Below, piece by piece: positions 38,242 to 47,263 of a stretch of DNA of 64,000 nt. A program made the translations under genes and the position numbers. The notes beneath the pieces are model-generated. The model made no database searches. It was not told the origin of the DNA and was given only the letters and a program-made list of their open reading frames with translations. Source of the stretch: Bacteroidota bacterium (GTDB taxonomy: Bacteria > Bacteroidota > Bacteroidia > Sphingobacteriales > Sphingobacteriaceae). Where the stretch lies: NCBI GenBank assembly GCA_013286325.1, contig JABDFZ010000003.1:4021-68020 (forward strand), read 5' to 3'. The number at the start of each line of letters is the position of its first letter. Within the stretch, counting starts at the first letter, position 1.

Positions 38242-38652
38242 TTATTTGTGCCCGTTCATTAAATTTTTAGGGCATCCAGGCGAGCCGGGGCAAGGCATGG
38301 CTTCCTGAGCAATTATGTCGTCAGCGGGTGCAATACCTTTTAACGCTTTCCGAGATAATTTTTTTGCTGCAATGGTATTCAGCATATCAGTACCATCGGC
38401 TTTTGCACCTGTTATAATCAAATGTCTTTCGCCGCCAGTGCTATTGGCAGGTTCGCTATGGGCATAATAAAAACGCAGGCCCACACACCCTTCCTGATCC
38501 ATTATTTTTTGAAGGATTTCCTTACCAAAAAAATGTGAATGAGGGTCAGTCGGGTTTCTGTCCCTATGGTTTTTTGTCCACTCGGATGCTAGATTTAAGT
38601 CGAACTCCTCACCTATTTTATGAGTCAGGAGTATTTTTTTCGATTTTCCCAC
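38242..38652 (-). CDS. Small hypothetical protein with C-terminal PCPGSPGCP motif, paralog B
   Basis: GTG start; WTKNHRD, SHFFGKEI, GCVGLRFY, DGTDMLN, QEAMPCPGSPGCPKN. Confidence 0.8.
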   Translation of the reverse strand: MGKSKKILLTHKIGEEFDLNLASEWTKNHRDRNPTDPHSHFFGKEILQKIMDQEGCVGLRFYYAHSEPANSTGGERHLIITGAKADGTDMLNTIAAKKLSRKALKGIAPADDIIAQEAMPCPGSPGCPKNLMNGHK

Positions 38653-38663
38653 TTTGAGTATAA

Positions 38664-39161
38664 TTATAGGTCAGTTCGTTTTGCAGTCAATACATTTTTA
38701 GGGCAACCAGGCGAACCAGGACATGGCATAGCCTCCTGGCCCACAATATCTGTCGGTGTAGCAGTTACTTTTAGGTCGGCCAATTCAGCATGCGCTATAG
38801 GCTCACCTATTGTGTTATTCATCTTTGTATTTAACATATCATTGCCATCGCTTATTGATCCGCAGATAATTATGTGTTGTTCACCCTCAATATTACCAAT
38901 AACTTTTAATATAAAATTGCTGATCGCTACCATTGCCCGTTGCCAACCGTTAAGTGGCTTACTATGAGAATTGTATAAACGCAGACCCAGGCAACCATCT
39001 TGTGCAAGGATTTTTTCTATTATTTCCCGGCCAAAAAAATGGGAAATGGTTTCGCCCGGATGCAGGTCTCTGTAATTTTTTGTCCAGTTTGCTGATACAT
39101 CCAAGGGGAATGGCTCACCCTCTCTTCCGGTGAGGACATTAGGAGTCGGTCTTTTTTCCAT
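38664..39161 (-). CDS. Small hypothetical protein with C-terminal PCPGSPGCP motif, paralog A
   Basis: WTKNYRD, SHFFGREI, GCLGLRLY, DGNDMLN, QEAMPCPGSPGCPKN; extra hydrophobic insert. Confidence 0.8.
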   Translation of the reverse strand: MEKRPTPNVLTGREGEPFPLDVSANWTKNYRDLHPGETISHFFGREIIEKILAQDGCLGLRLYNSHSKPLNGWQRAMVAISNFILKVIGNIEGEQHIIICGSISDGNDMLNTKMNNTIGEPIAHAELADLKVTATPTDIVGQEAMPCPGSPGCPKNVLTAKRTDL

Positions 39162-39333
39162 AGTTTTAATTAATCTGGGTTATAAATAGTTTGGATAAAA
39201 CTAAGATTATTTCGTTAGTATTTCAATAGTGGCGCTTTAGGCACATAAAATATTTTTTTGAAGTAAAATCACCTAATAATCTCATTATCAATAAATAATA
39301 AAAGCGATTGTCTATCGGCTAAATAAAACATTA

Positions 39334-39368
39334 CGTAGTTTTACGCAGTAAAATCCGTGCTACTACGG
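39334..39368. promoter_or_regulatory. Two CGT-N6-ACG palindromic sites 22 bp apart (candidate response-regulator binding sites)
   Basis: CGTAGTTTTACG (39334-39345) and CGTGCTACTACG (39356-39367) in an otherwise AT-rich spacer upstream of the PCPGSPGCP operon. Confidence 0.5.
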
Positions 39369-39470
39369 TTTAAAAACAAGGCGGTTTTTGAGCTAAAAAT
39401 GGACTTTTCAATAAATTCTGAACCTGGCTGATTTATCGGAGGATCAGAATGCCTACTGTTTTTGCGCTTC

Positions 39471-39953
39471 TTAACCCTTTTGCAGCTGTTCCAGTTTACG
39501 GATATTTTTATAGCAGATATATAAGGGAATGATGCCGAAAATGCCAAAGCAGCAATCTATCATCCGCCAGTAAACAGGGATTTGGCGGATAGGCCCGGCA
39601 ATGAAGGCCAGCGGTAAAACCATTACACAGGCTATCATTCCGAACTGGATAACCCAAATGTTTTTTACAGGATCTTTTAGCGGCCCGATAAACGCAGTAG
39701 CTATTACAATATGGCCAAACGCCAGCCAATCGGTACCATAACTTAAATATGGGTAGCGCAGGTTGGTATCTTTAACCGCTGCATAAATAGTTTCTATCCA
39801 ATGCGCCAAAAAGGCCGGGAATATGGACGAATGATTTACCATAAATGCAAGCTCGGTTTCAATAGGAAACGCCGTAACGCCGCTTAATACGAGGCCGATA
39901 ATGAATATAAGCACCCATATTCTAATACGTTTCCGTAACTGTTGTTCATCCAT
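39471..39953 (-). CDS. Hypothetical 4-TM membrane protein
   Basis: GLVLSGVTAFP, YGTDWLAFGH, GPLKDPVKN, WRMIDC; ATG 39953 preferred over 39965. Confidence 0.75.
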   Translation of the reverse strand: MDEQQLRKRIRIWVLIFIIGLVLSGVTAFPIETELAFMVNHSSIFPAFLAHWIETIYAAVKDTNLRYPYLSYGTDWLAFGHIVIATAFIGPLKDPVKNIWVIQFGMIACVMVLPLAFIAGPIRQIPVYWRMIDCCFGIFGIIPLYICYKNIRKLEQLQKG

Positions 39954-39981
39954 TGAGTCTAACATTCCTTTTGGCAGGGCT

Positions 39982-42141
39982 CTAATTTAGGAATATCTCA
40001 TCTGTAAATACCCAGCCCGGTTGTTTTTTAACCGGATCCCATGGTGGTAGATTTTGTATAGGTTTTGCCACAATTTTAAGGCAGCTCAGCAGGTGGTTAG
40101 CATTCAGTTTACAATCAATGCCCATTACAGTAAATGGATCATCTTTTTTGGGCGTAGCTGGTATTACCTTGCTTATTAATTTAAGGTGGTCTTTATCCGG
40201 TCCGCCCCAAATTTCTATCCCGATCGGTAAAAATATCTGGCTGCCAATATTGCGCATACAATTTATGGTGATAGTGTGCAGGTCAACAGGCTTTACAAAC
40301 TGCATATAAATTACCAGGTCTTTTTGCGACCCGATCCATTTACCATTGCCAAAATTGTTTCCACCCAGGTCTTTATCTATTAATGATTTTGCACCATCGG
40401 CGCTATATTTTGTATTTGGCGGGGCTATAAAGCTAATACTATCGGGCGTATAGGTGCTTTTGAACACATTGAACTGTACAATATCGCTGCCAAGCCAACC
40501 TGCTTTATATGCTTTTACTTTTACATTTGTATTTTGGGTTACAATTATCCCCGGTTTATAAATTGCCGATTTTACGCTATCCGGATCAGTGCCATTGGTT
40601 GTATAGCGCAATTCAACGCCCTTTATGGGGTGACCTATCTGTAATGGTATAGATTGAGCGAATACGAATGAAGTATTCTTTATTTGAGGCTCGTTCAGTT
40701 TAATAGGCTTGCCATCATCTTTAAAGCTTTTTATAAATTCAATTTTTTTATTGCTTTTTTGCAAGTCCTGTATTTCGGCTTCTGATAAGCCTGTATCCCA
40801 CAAGGCTATCTTTTTTAAGCTTTTTAAAGCGCTTACCTGTTTAATGGTTTTAGGGTCGATAGGTGCGCCTGCAAGCGAAATTTCTCTTAAATATTTAAGG
40901 GCAGCCAGCTCTTTTAAGGTGCCGCCGGTAATATCGGTAAAGTTGAGGTTCAGAAAGCGCAGGTTTTCAAACTGCACAATGGTTTTTAATTCAGAATCTT
41001 TCACGGGCATTTTATTCAGATCAAGTGATACAACCTGTTTTTTTATAACGCTTAACTCTTCCAAAACTTTAGGCTGATAAGTACTTTTATTATAAATATT
41101 TACCCCAAGAGCAGGAGATTCCTTAGCAATGGGATAAATGGCCCGGTAGTTATTGTTTAGTTTTTTAACAAGCTTATCATCAGCGGCAGCAAAATCATAT
41201 TTTTCTTCCTCCTGTTCGGCAGGTTTTAAATAGGTTGATGCGATTGTCCTTAAGGAGTCCGCGGCAGGCAGGTCGATCACTTTTTTCTTGAAATCTGCAT
41301 TCTCCTTTACCCACAAGTAAAGCAAATTCAATTCATCAGGGCTTAGCTGTGTTTTGCCCGATGGGGGCATGTGTTTTTTATCTTCTTCGGGTAGGTGAAT
41401 ACGCTGCAGCAACATACTGATCTGCGGCTGACCTGGGACAAACAATTTGCCATCTTTACCGCCCTTTAAAATTGATTTTTCATCTATCAGCACCAGGCCG
41501 CCTTTTGTTTTATCCGGATTATGGCAGCTGGTACACTTGCTTTCCAAAATAGGTTGTATCACATCCTGGTAAACCAGTGCTTTATCAATCGGAACCTTAT
41601 TTTTTTCAGGATGCCAAACCGGGGCTAATACAAAATTATCTCCATGAGTCAAATCGGCGCCAAAGTGACCGGCAACCACCAATGATAATGCCACAAGCCC
41701 TGCACCCCACCTGGCTGTTTTAACATTGTACCACCCGGAAGTACGGCACCAGTAAATGATTGTAGATACAAAAACAACGCTTACCCCCAGCCATTTGTGC
41801 CATTGGAGTGTGCTACCCTCATAACCCGGTTCTTTCGACAGGAACAAGCCCATAATGGCTGTAAATGCAGCAAAAAGTGCACCTGTTAGCCAAAGGTAAG
41901 TAGTGAAATCGTGATATAACTTTTCTGTTCTAAACCTTTCTTTAAAACGGAAAAACTCTAATACAGTGGCCATTATCAGCACCACAATAGGGAAATGGAG
42001 TATCAACGGGTGCAACCTGCCAACAGGCTGTAACCATTGCGGAATAACTATAGCCGAACCAAATAATAGGAAAAAGATGATAAAAATATTAAGGGCAAAT
42101 AACAAATTCTCCGCAAAACCTTTATGCTTGCTTTTTATCAT
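39982..42141 (-). CDS. Multidomain membrane protein: DUF2231-like TMs, planctomycete cytochrome c, LRR, FN3-associated domain
   Basis: GRLHPLILHFPI, HKWLG, GHFGADLTHG; CTSCH...HMPP heme site; LRR LRFLNLNFT..LSLAG-type repeats; LRYTTNGTDP. Confidence 0.85.
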   Translation of the reverse strand: MIKSKHKGFAENLLFALNIFIIFFLLFGSAIVIPQWLQPVGRLHPLILHFPIVVLIMATVLEFFRFKERFRTEKLYHDFTTYLWLTGALFAAFTAIMGLFLSKEPGYEGSTLQWHKWLGVSVVFVSTIIYWCRTSGWYNVKTARWGAGLVALSLVVAGHFGADLTHGDNFVLAPVWHPEKNKVPIDKALVYQDVIQPILESKCTSCHNPDKTKGGLVLIDEKSILKGGKDGKLFVPGQPQISMLLQRIHLPEEDKKHMPPSGKTQLSPDELNLLYLWVKENADFKKKVIDLPAADSLRTIASTYLKPAEQEEEKYDFAAADDKLVKKLNNNYRAIYPIAKESPALGVNIYNKSTYQPKVLEELSVIKKQVVSLDLNKMPVKDSELKTIVQFENLRFLNLNFTDITGGTLKELAALKYLREISLAGAPIDPKTIKQVSALKSLKKIALWDTGLSEAEIQDLQKSNKKIEFIKSFKDDGKPIKLNEPQIKNTSFVFAQSIPLQIGHPIKGVELRYTTNGTDPDSVKSAIYKPGIIVTQNTNVKVKAYKAGWLGSDIVQFNVFKSTYTPDSISFIAPPNTKYSADGAKSLIDKDLGGNNFGNGKWIGSQKDLVIYMQFVKPVDLHTITINCMRNIGSQIFLPIGIEIWGGPDKDHLKLISKVIPATPKKDDPFTVMGIDCKLNANHLLSCLKIVAKPIQNLPPWDPVKKQPGWVFTDEIFLN

Positions 42142-42197
42142 CTAATCAGGTAGTTTAATTTTTAGGTTATTTTATATTTTCATTCATGTCAAAACCA

Positions 42198-42294
42198 TTG
42201 TCATTGCGAGGAGGAACGACGAAGCAACCCCGTCGCCATATATTGACGCTAATGCACAGCAACGAGATTGCCGCGCTATCGCTCGCAATGACAA
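42198..42294. repeat. GTCATTGCGAG...CTCGCAATGAC REP/MITE-like palindromic element
   Basis: 13-bp terminal inverted repeat TTGTCATTGCGAG / CTCGCAATGACAA; internal GAGGAACGACGAAGCAA..GATTGC. Confidence 0.8.
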
Positions 42295-42309
42295 GGTTTA
42301 TTAATGCAA

Positions 42310-43335
42310 TTATACTCTTGTAAATTTATATGGATAAACCTTGCCCGATGCCCATTGTGCAACATACAGGTTCTCATCATTATCAACCAACACATCATGC
42401 GGGTTTAAAAATATCTTTTCAGCTTGTGCCATAGGCTGCAAAAAGCCGTTCACATAAATCGGTTCTGTTCCGCCTATGTTTGATACTACCTCGTTATTTT
42501 TATTTAAGATAGTTGTAAAACCCGAATTTTCCTTACCCAGATCGGGCGAGCGCAATACAGCAGCATATAAATAATCTCCCTTTATTACCGGACGGCATAC
42601 ACAAGCTCCGGGAAGTTTAATAATATCCTGTAGTTTGCCGCCCAGACTAAAGCGTTTAAAGCAATTGCGTGTGCGGTCGGTTATTAACAAGGTTGGCACA
42701 GATTCCCGCCTGTCAATAACAATTCCATGGGCATTATCAAAGTGCTCATCACCATCGCCACGGCCGCCCCAAAAGTGTATAAGCTTACCATTTTTGTCGT
42801 AATGCATTATATATTGTGATCCATAACCATCAGCTATAAAAATGTCTCCATTTTTGTCAATGGTTGTTTCTGTTGGGATAAAATCTTCTGGTTTTTTATA
42901 AACACCGGTTTCAAGCGGGACATCAATGGTCATCAATATTTTGCCATCCATAGTGGTTTTATAAACCTGGTGTTTTACAGTATCGGTTATAAACAAAAAC
43001 TCTGTTCCGTTCTCATTAAACAAAGTAAGTCCGTGTGCCCCAGGAAACTCATGCCCCCAGGTATCCAGCAACTTGCCCGATTTATTATAGATAAGCACAT
43101 TGTTCTTTGTCTCATTGGTTAACAGGAAAATCCGTCCTTTTGAATCCTGTACCATTTCGTGGCAATCGTTCACAGGGTTTTTCATTGGGTCGGCCTGGCT
43201 CCAGGCTTTGTCCATGCGATAACGCATGTTGTTGTGCCCATATATAGGGCCATCATTTTTTGCTAACATATCCTTTGCTATAAAAAAGCTTCCCGTAAAG
43301 ACGGCTGATTGCTTGATGAATTTTCTTCTTTCCAT
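42310..43335 (-). CDS. Tat-exported NHL / 6-bladed beta-propeller (PAL-like)
   Basis: ERRKFIK Tat motif; GAHGL, ADGYG, NAHGI, NPHDV NHL blades. Confidence 0.85.
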   Translation of the reverse strand: MERRKFIKQSAVFTGSFFIAKDMLAKNDGPIYGHNNMRYRMDKAWSQADPMKNPVNDCHEMVQDSKGRIFLLTNETKNNVLIYNKSGKLLDTWGHEFPGAHGLTLFNENGTEFLFITDTVKHQVYKTTMDGKILMTIDVPLETGVYKKPEDFIPTETTIDKNGDIFIADGYGSQYIMHYDKNGKLIHFWGGRGDGDEHFDNAHGIVIDRRESVPTLLITDRTRNCFKRFSLGGKLQDIIKLPGACVCRPVIKGDYLYAAVLRSPDLGKENSGFTTILNKNNEVVSNIGGTEPIYVNGFLQPMAQAEKIFLNPHDVLVDNDENLYVAQWASGKVYPYKFTRV

Positions 43336-43347
43336 ATTATTATTTTT

Positions 43348-43475
43348 GATTTCACCGATTTTATAAAATTGATTATACCGATTCCTTAAATGATTTCATT
43401 GACTTGGTTGAATTAGAGACTTTTTTTTCGTCAACACAAATCAATCAGTGAAATCATCCCGAAATCGGTGAAATC
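43348..43475. repeat. Inverted nonamer array (GATTTCACC/GGTGAAATC)
   Basis: GATTTCACCGATTT (43348) and AAATCGGTGAAATC (43462) are perfect complements; degenerate copies lie between them. Confidence 0.75.
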
Positions 43476-43480
43476 CCGGT

Positions 43481-44944
43481 TCATGCTATTATCCCTTTCA
43501 CCACATTACCTGCCACATCTGTCAGCCTGTACCTGCGGCCCTGGCTTTTAAAAGTCAGTTTTTTATGGTCGATCCCCAATTGATTTAATATGGTTGCATG
43601 GAAATCATGTACGTGAACCGGGTCTTTTACAATGTTATATCCAAACTCGTCCGATTCACCGTAAACTATACCAGGCTTAATACCTCCGCCAGCCATCCAT
43701 ATGCTGAAACAGCGGGGGTGATGGTCGCGGCCATAATTGGCCTTTTCCAGTTTTCCCTGGCTGTAGTTGGTACGGCCAAATTCGCCTCCCCAAATCACCA
43801 GTGTTTCGTCCAGTAAACCGCGTTGTTTCAAATCGGTAACTAAAGCTGCCGACGCCTGGTCAACATCCTTTGCCTGGCCAGCCATTTCCTGCGGCAGGTT
43901 GTTATGTTGATCCCAACCCTGGTGATACAATTGCACAAAACGAACTCCGTTTTCCGAAAGTTTACGTGCCAACAGGCAATTTGCCGCATAAGTTCCGGGG
44001 ACTAAACAATCCGGACCATACATCTTGATGATATCGTCCGATTCTTTCGAAACATCCATTATCTCAGGCACTGCCGATTGCATGCGGTAAGCCATTTCGT
44101 ACTGTTGCACTTTTGTAGTTATTTCCGGATCGCCAAATTCTTTGTATGAAATATCGTTAAGCTCAGCCAGTTTATCCAGCATTTTACGGCGTTCACGTCT
44201 GTCTATTCCTGGTTGATCATTCAGGTAAAGCACCGGGTTTTCACCGCTGCTAAATTGTACACCCTGATGAATAGAATCTAAAAATCCGTTGCTCCAAAGT
44301 TTTGAATACACACCCTGCCCATTACCTTTTCCTTTCGAAAGCAGCACGGTAAAGGCAGGCAGGTTTTTGTTCTCGCTGCCCAGTCCGTAGCTCACCCACG
44401 AGCCCATGCTTGGGCGGTTACCTTGCTGTGCGCCGGTTTGAAAAAATGTTAATGCCGGGTCGTGGTTAATAGCTTCGGTATACATAGAGCGGATGATGCA
44501 AATATCATCTGCAATCTTACCTATATGCGGAAACAGGTCACTTATCCATGCCTTTGATTCACCATATTGCTTAAAGTCGTAAAAAGAACCTACTAATGGG
44601 AAATGAGCCTGATTAGCGGTCATCCCGGTTAAAATCTGGTTGCCGCGAACGGATGGCGGCAGGTCCTGTCCCATCATTTCCCGCAATTTTGGCTTATAAT
44701 CAAATGATTCCAGTTGCGATGGCGCTCCATCCTGGAAAAGGTAGATCACCCGTTTAGCTTTCGGTGCAAAATTAGGAATACCCGGTATAAAATCGGCCTC
44801 GCTTTCGGAGCCGCTGCCGCTAAAAAGATCAGGAATAAGTAATGAACCTAATGCAATACTCCCTAACCCAAGGCTAAGCCTCGATAAAAACCTTCGCCTG
44901 TTTATATTAAGGCGATGCTCTAAAATATCTTTTTCCATTGCCAT
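43481..44944 (-). CDS. DUF1501 family protein (sulfatase-like fold), Tat-exported
   Basis: NRRRFL Tat motif; AKRVIYLFQDGAPSQLESFDYKP, NHDPA, GWDQH, WGGEFGRT, GRDHHP, VHVHDFHAT. Confidence 0.92.
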   Translation of the reverse strand: MAMEKDILEHRLNINRRRFLSRLSLGLGSIALGSLLIPDLFSGSGSESEADFIPGIPNFAPKAKRVIYLFQDGAPSQLESFDYKPKLREMMGQDLPPSVRGNQILTGMTANQAHFPLVGSFYDFKQYGESKAWISDLFPHIGKIADDICIIRSMYTEAINHDPALTFFQTGAQQGNRPSMGSWVSYGLGSENKNLPAFTVLLSKGKGNGQGVYSKLWSNGFLDSIHQGVQFSSGENPVLYLNDQPGIDRRERRKMLDKLAELNDISYKEFGDPEITTKVQQYEMAYRMQSAVPEIMDVSKESDDIIKMYGPDCLVPGTYAANCLLARKLSENGVRFVQLYHQGWDQHNNLPQEMAGQAKDVDQASAALVTDLKQRGLLDETLVIWGGEFGRTNYSQGKLEKANYGRDHHPRCFSIWMAGGGIKPGIVYGESDEFGYNIVKDPVHVHDFHATILNQLGIDHKKLTFKSQGRRYRLTDVAGNVVKGIIA

Positions 44945-47263
44945 CAGGTTTTTGTTATCGCTTCCTCTAAATTATAAATTGTATCTACCGTTTTCATCAT
45001 AGCAGCCAGCATTACCTTATCTATGTTTTGCGGAATTGGGTATTCGCCTACACTCAGTATTTTTTGTGCATCCTTTTTGCTTAATGTTTTTTAGCTGATC
45101 GGTATAATACCCGGTTAATATTCCAAGTTCTTTTTCATTTGGCCTCCGGCACATAATCAACCTGAAAGCTTTATTTATCTTATCCTTAACTGCACTGTTG
45201 TCCTGTAATACTTTGGCAGCTAAAACCCTTGCGGCTTCCAGTACTGTAGGATCATTTTCCATTAATAATGCCTGTAGTGGCGTGTTTGTCCGCAGCCGCT
45301 TCACTTCGCACTGGTCGCGGTTACTGGCATCAAAAATGGCCATTTCAACTGGCGGGACAGTACGTTTTATCAGCGTATACATACCCCTGCGATATAGATC
45401 AGGCCCATGAACCTGCTTATAGCTGGCCAATATGCCGCGCCCCGAGGTTGCGTTTTCCCATAAGCCAGGTGGCTGGTACGGATTTACACTTGGGCCGCCA
45501 ATAGTCCGGGTTAACAGTCCACTGCTTGCCAGTACTAAATCTCTAACCAGTTCAGCCGGAAGACGGGAACGCGGGCCGCGTGATAATAAAGTATTATCAG
45601 GGTCGAGTTTAAACTTATCAGCAATTATAACTGCAGATTGACGGTATGTTGCCGACATTACCATTTGTTTTACCAGGCGTTTCATATCCCAGCCATGGCT
45701 CATAAAATCAACCGAAAGCCAATCGAGCAGTTCGGGGTGTGAAGGCAGGTCGCCCTGCATACCAAAATCGCCCGAGCTTTTTACAATGCCCTTGCCGAAT
45801 AGTTCCTGCCAGGTTTGATTTACAAAAACTCTTGCAGTAAGCGGGTTCCTTTTATCAAACAGCCACTCGGCTAAGCCTAAACGATTTTTAGGTAACGAAT
45901 TATCGAAGGGCATAATGGCTTTTGGCGTGCCAGGTTCAACTTCATCGCCATGCGTATCATAATTGCCGCGTTTTAAAATGTATGTTTTCCGGTAAACTTC
46001 GCTATCACCCATTACAGAAACAATGAGCTTGCCGGTGTCCTGTTTATTAACAAATTTCAGAATGCTTTTTACATCGTCATTGGTGATTTGCATCATCGGC
46101 CTTTTGGCGTAGGTTTCCGGCCCTCCAACTGTTGATTGCAGCCCAGGCTCTTTCACACTGTTAAAGAACGAAAAAAGCTGGTAATACTCTTTTTGCGAAA
46201 AAGGATCATATTTATGATCATGACAGTGGGCACATTCCATAGTAACCCCCAACAGTGCCTTCCCAAAAGTATTGGTGCGATCGGTAACATAGGCTACACG
46301 ATATTCTTCGTTTATTACGCCGCCTTCTTCCGTTATTTTATGGTTCCGGTTAAAGCCTGTAGCCAGCAATTGCTCCTTGGTGCTATTTGGCATCAGATCG
46401 CCGGCAAGCTGCCAGGTTATAAATTTATTGTAGGGCAGGTTTTCATTATAAGCGTGAATTACCCAGTCGCGCCATGGCCATTGGGTACGGTAATTATCAT
46501 CCTGGTAACCATGCGAATCGGCATAGCGGGCAACATCCATCCAGTGCAGTGCCATCTTTTCGCCGTAAGCAGGGTTTTTCATCAGTTCATCAACAACCTT
46601 TTCGTAAGCATTCGGGCTTTTATCGGCCAAAAACCTGTCCATCATTTCAAGACTTGGAGGCAGGCCGGTTAAATCAAGGCTCACACGTTTTAAAAGATGT
46701 TCTTTATCAGCTTCCGGGTTTGGCTTAAGGCTATATTGTTCTTGTTTATGCAGTATAAAATTATCTATCGGGTTTTTAGGCCAATCCTTATCTTTTACTT
46801 CGGGCACAGGCCATAATTTGGGAGGTACAAAGGCCCAATGTTTTTCGTACTTGGCACCCTGTTTTATCCATTTTTTAACCAATTCAACCTCATGTGGTGT
46901 TAAGCGCCGGAGATTTGAATTTGCAGGTGGCATTATCTCGGTAGTATCATTGGTTGATACTCGCCTGAACAACTCAGACATGGCCGGGCTGCCCGGAACT
47001 AAAACATGTGCGCTGGGATTGTCTCTTAAGGCTTTAAAAGCGCTCTCAGGTTTATCTAGTCTTAAGCCTGCCTGGCGTTTACTGGCATCAGGGCCATGGC
47101 ATTTGTAACATTTATCGGAAAGGATGGGGCGAATATTAAAATTATAACTTACAGTATCTGGAATCTGGTCTTCAATGTTTGCTGAAGAATTATTGCAGGC
47201 ATTAAGCATGGTCGCAATACATCCCACGCACAAGATCCATAGCAAATATAATTTACGTCGCAT
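44944..47263 (-). pseudogene. PSD1/PSCyt2 (DUF1553/DUF1549) planctomycete cytochrome c protein with a +1 frameshift near the C-terminus
   Basis: CYKCH and CAHCH hemes, HWAF, RYADSHG, NTPLQAL. The ORF stops at 45017 with an aberrant tail; deleting one T from T6 at 45087-45092 restores ...IYNLEEAITKT* ending at 44944 with a TGATG overlap onto DUF1501. Could be a sequencing error. Confidence 0.8.

Noticed and set aside
38620-38967. 115-aa plus-strand ORF over the PCPGSPGCP genes
   Set aside because: Antisense shadow; the minus-strand frames are supported by paralogy.
42198-42294. GC-rich structured ~100-nt segments (also 61900-62013) as tRNA or riboswitch
   Set aside because: No TTC(G)A T-loop in cloverleaf context, no CCA end, no recognisable aptamer; long terminal inverted repeats fit REP-like elements better.
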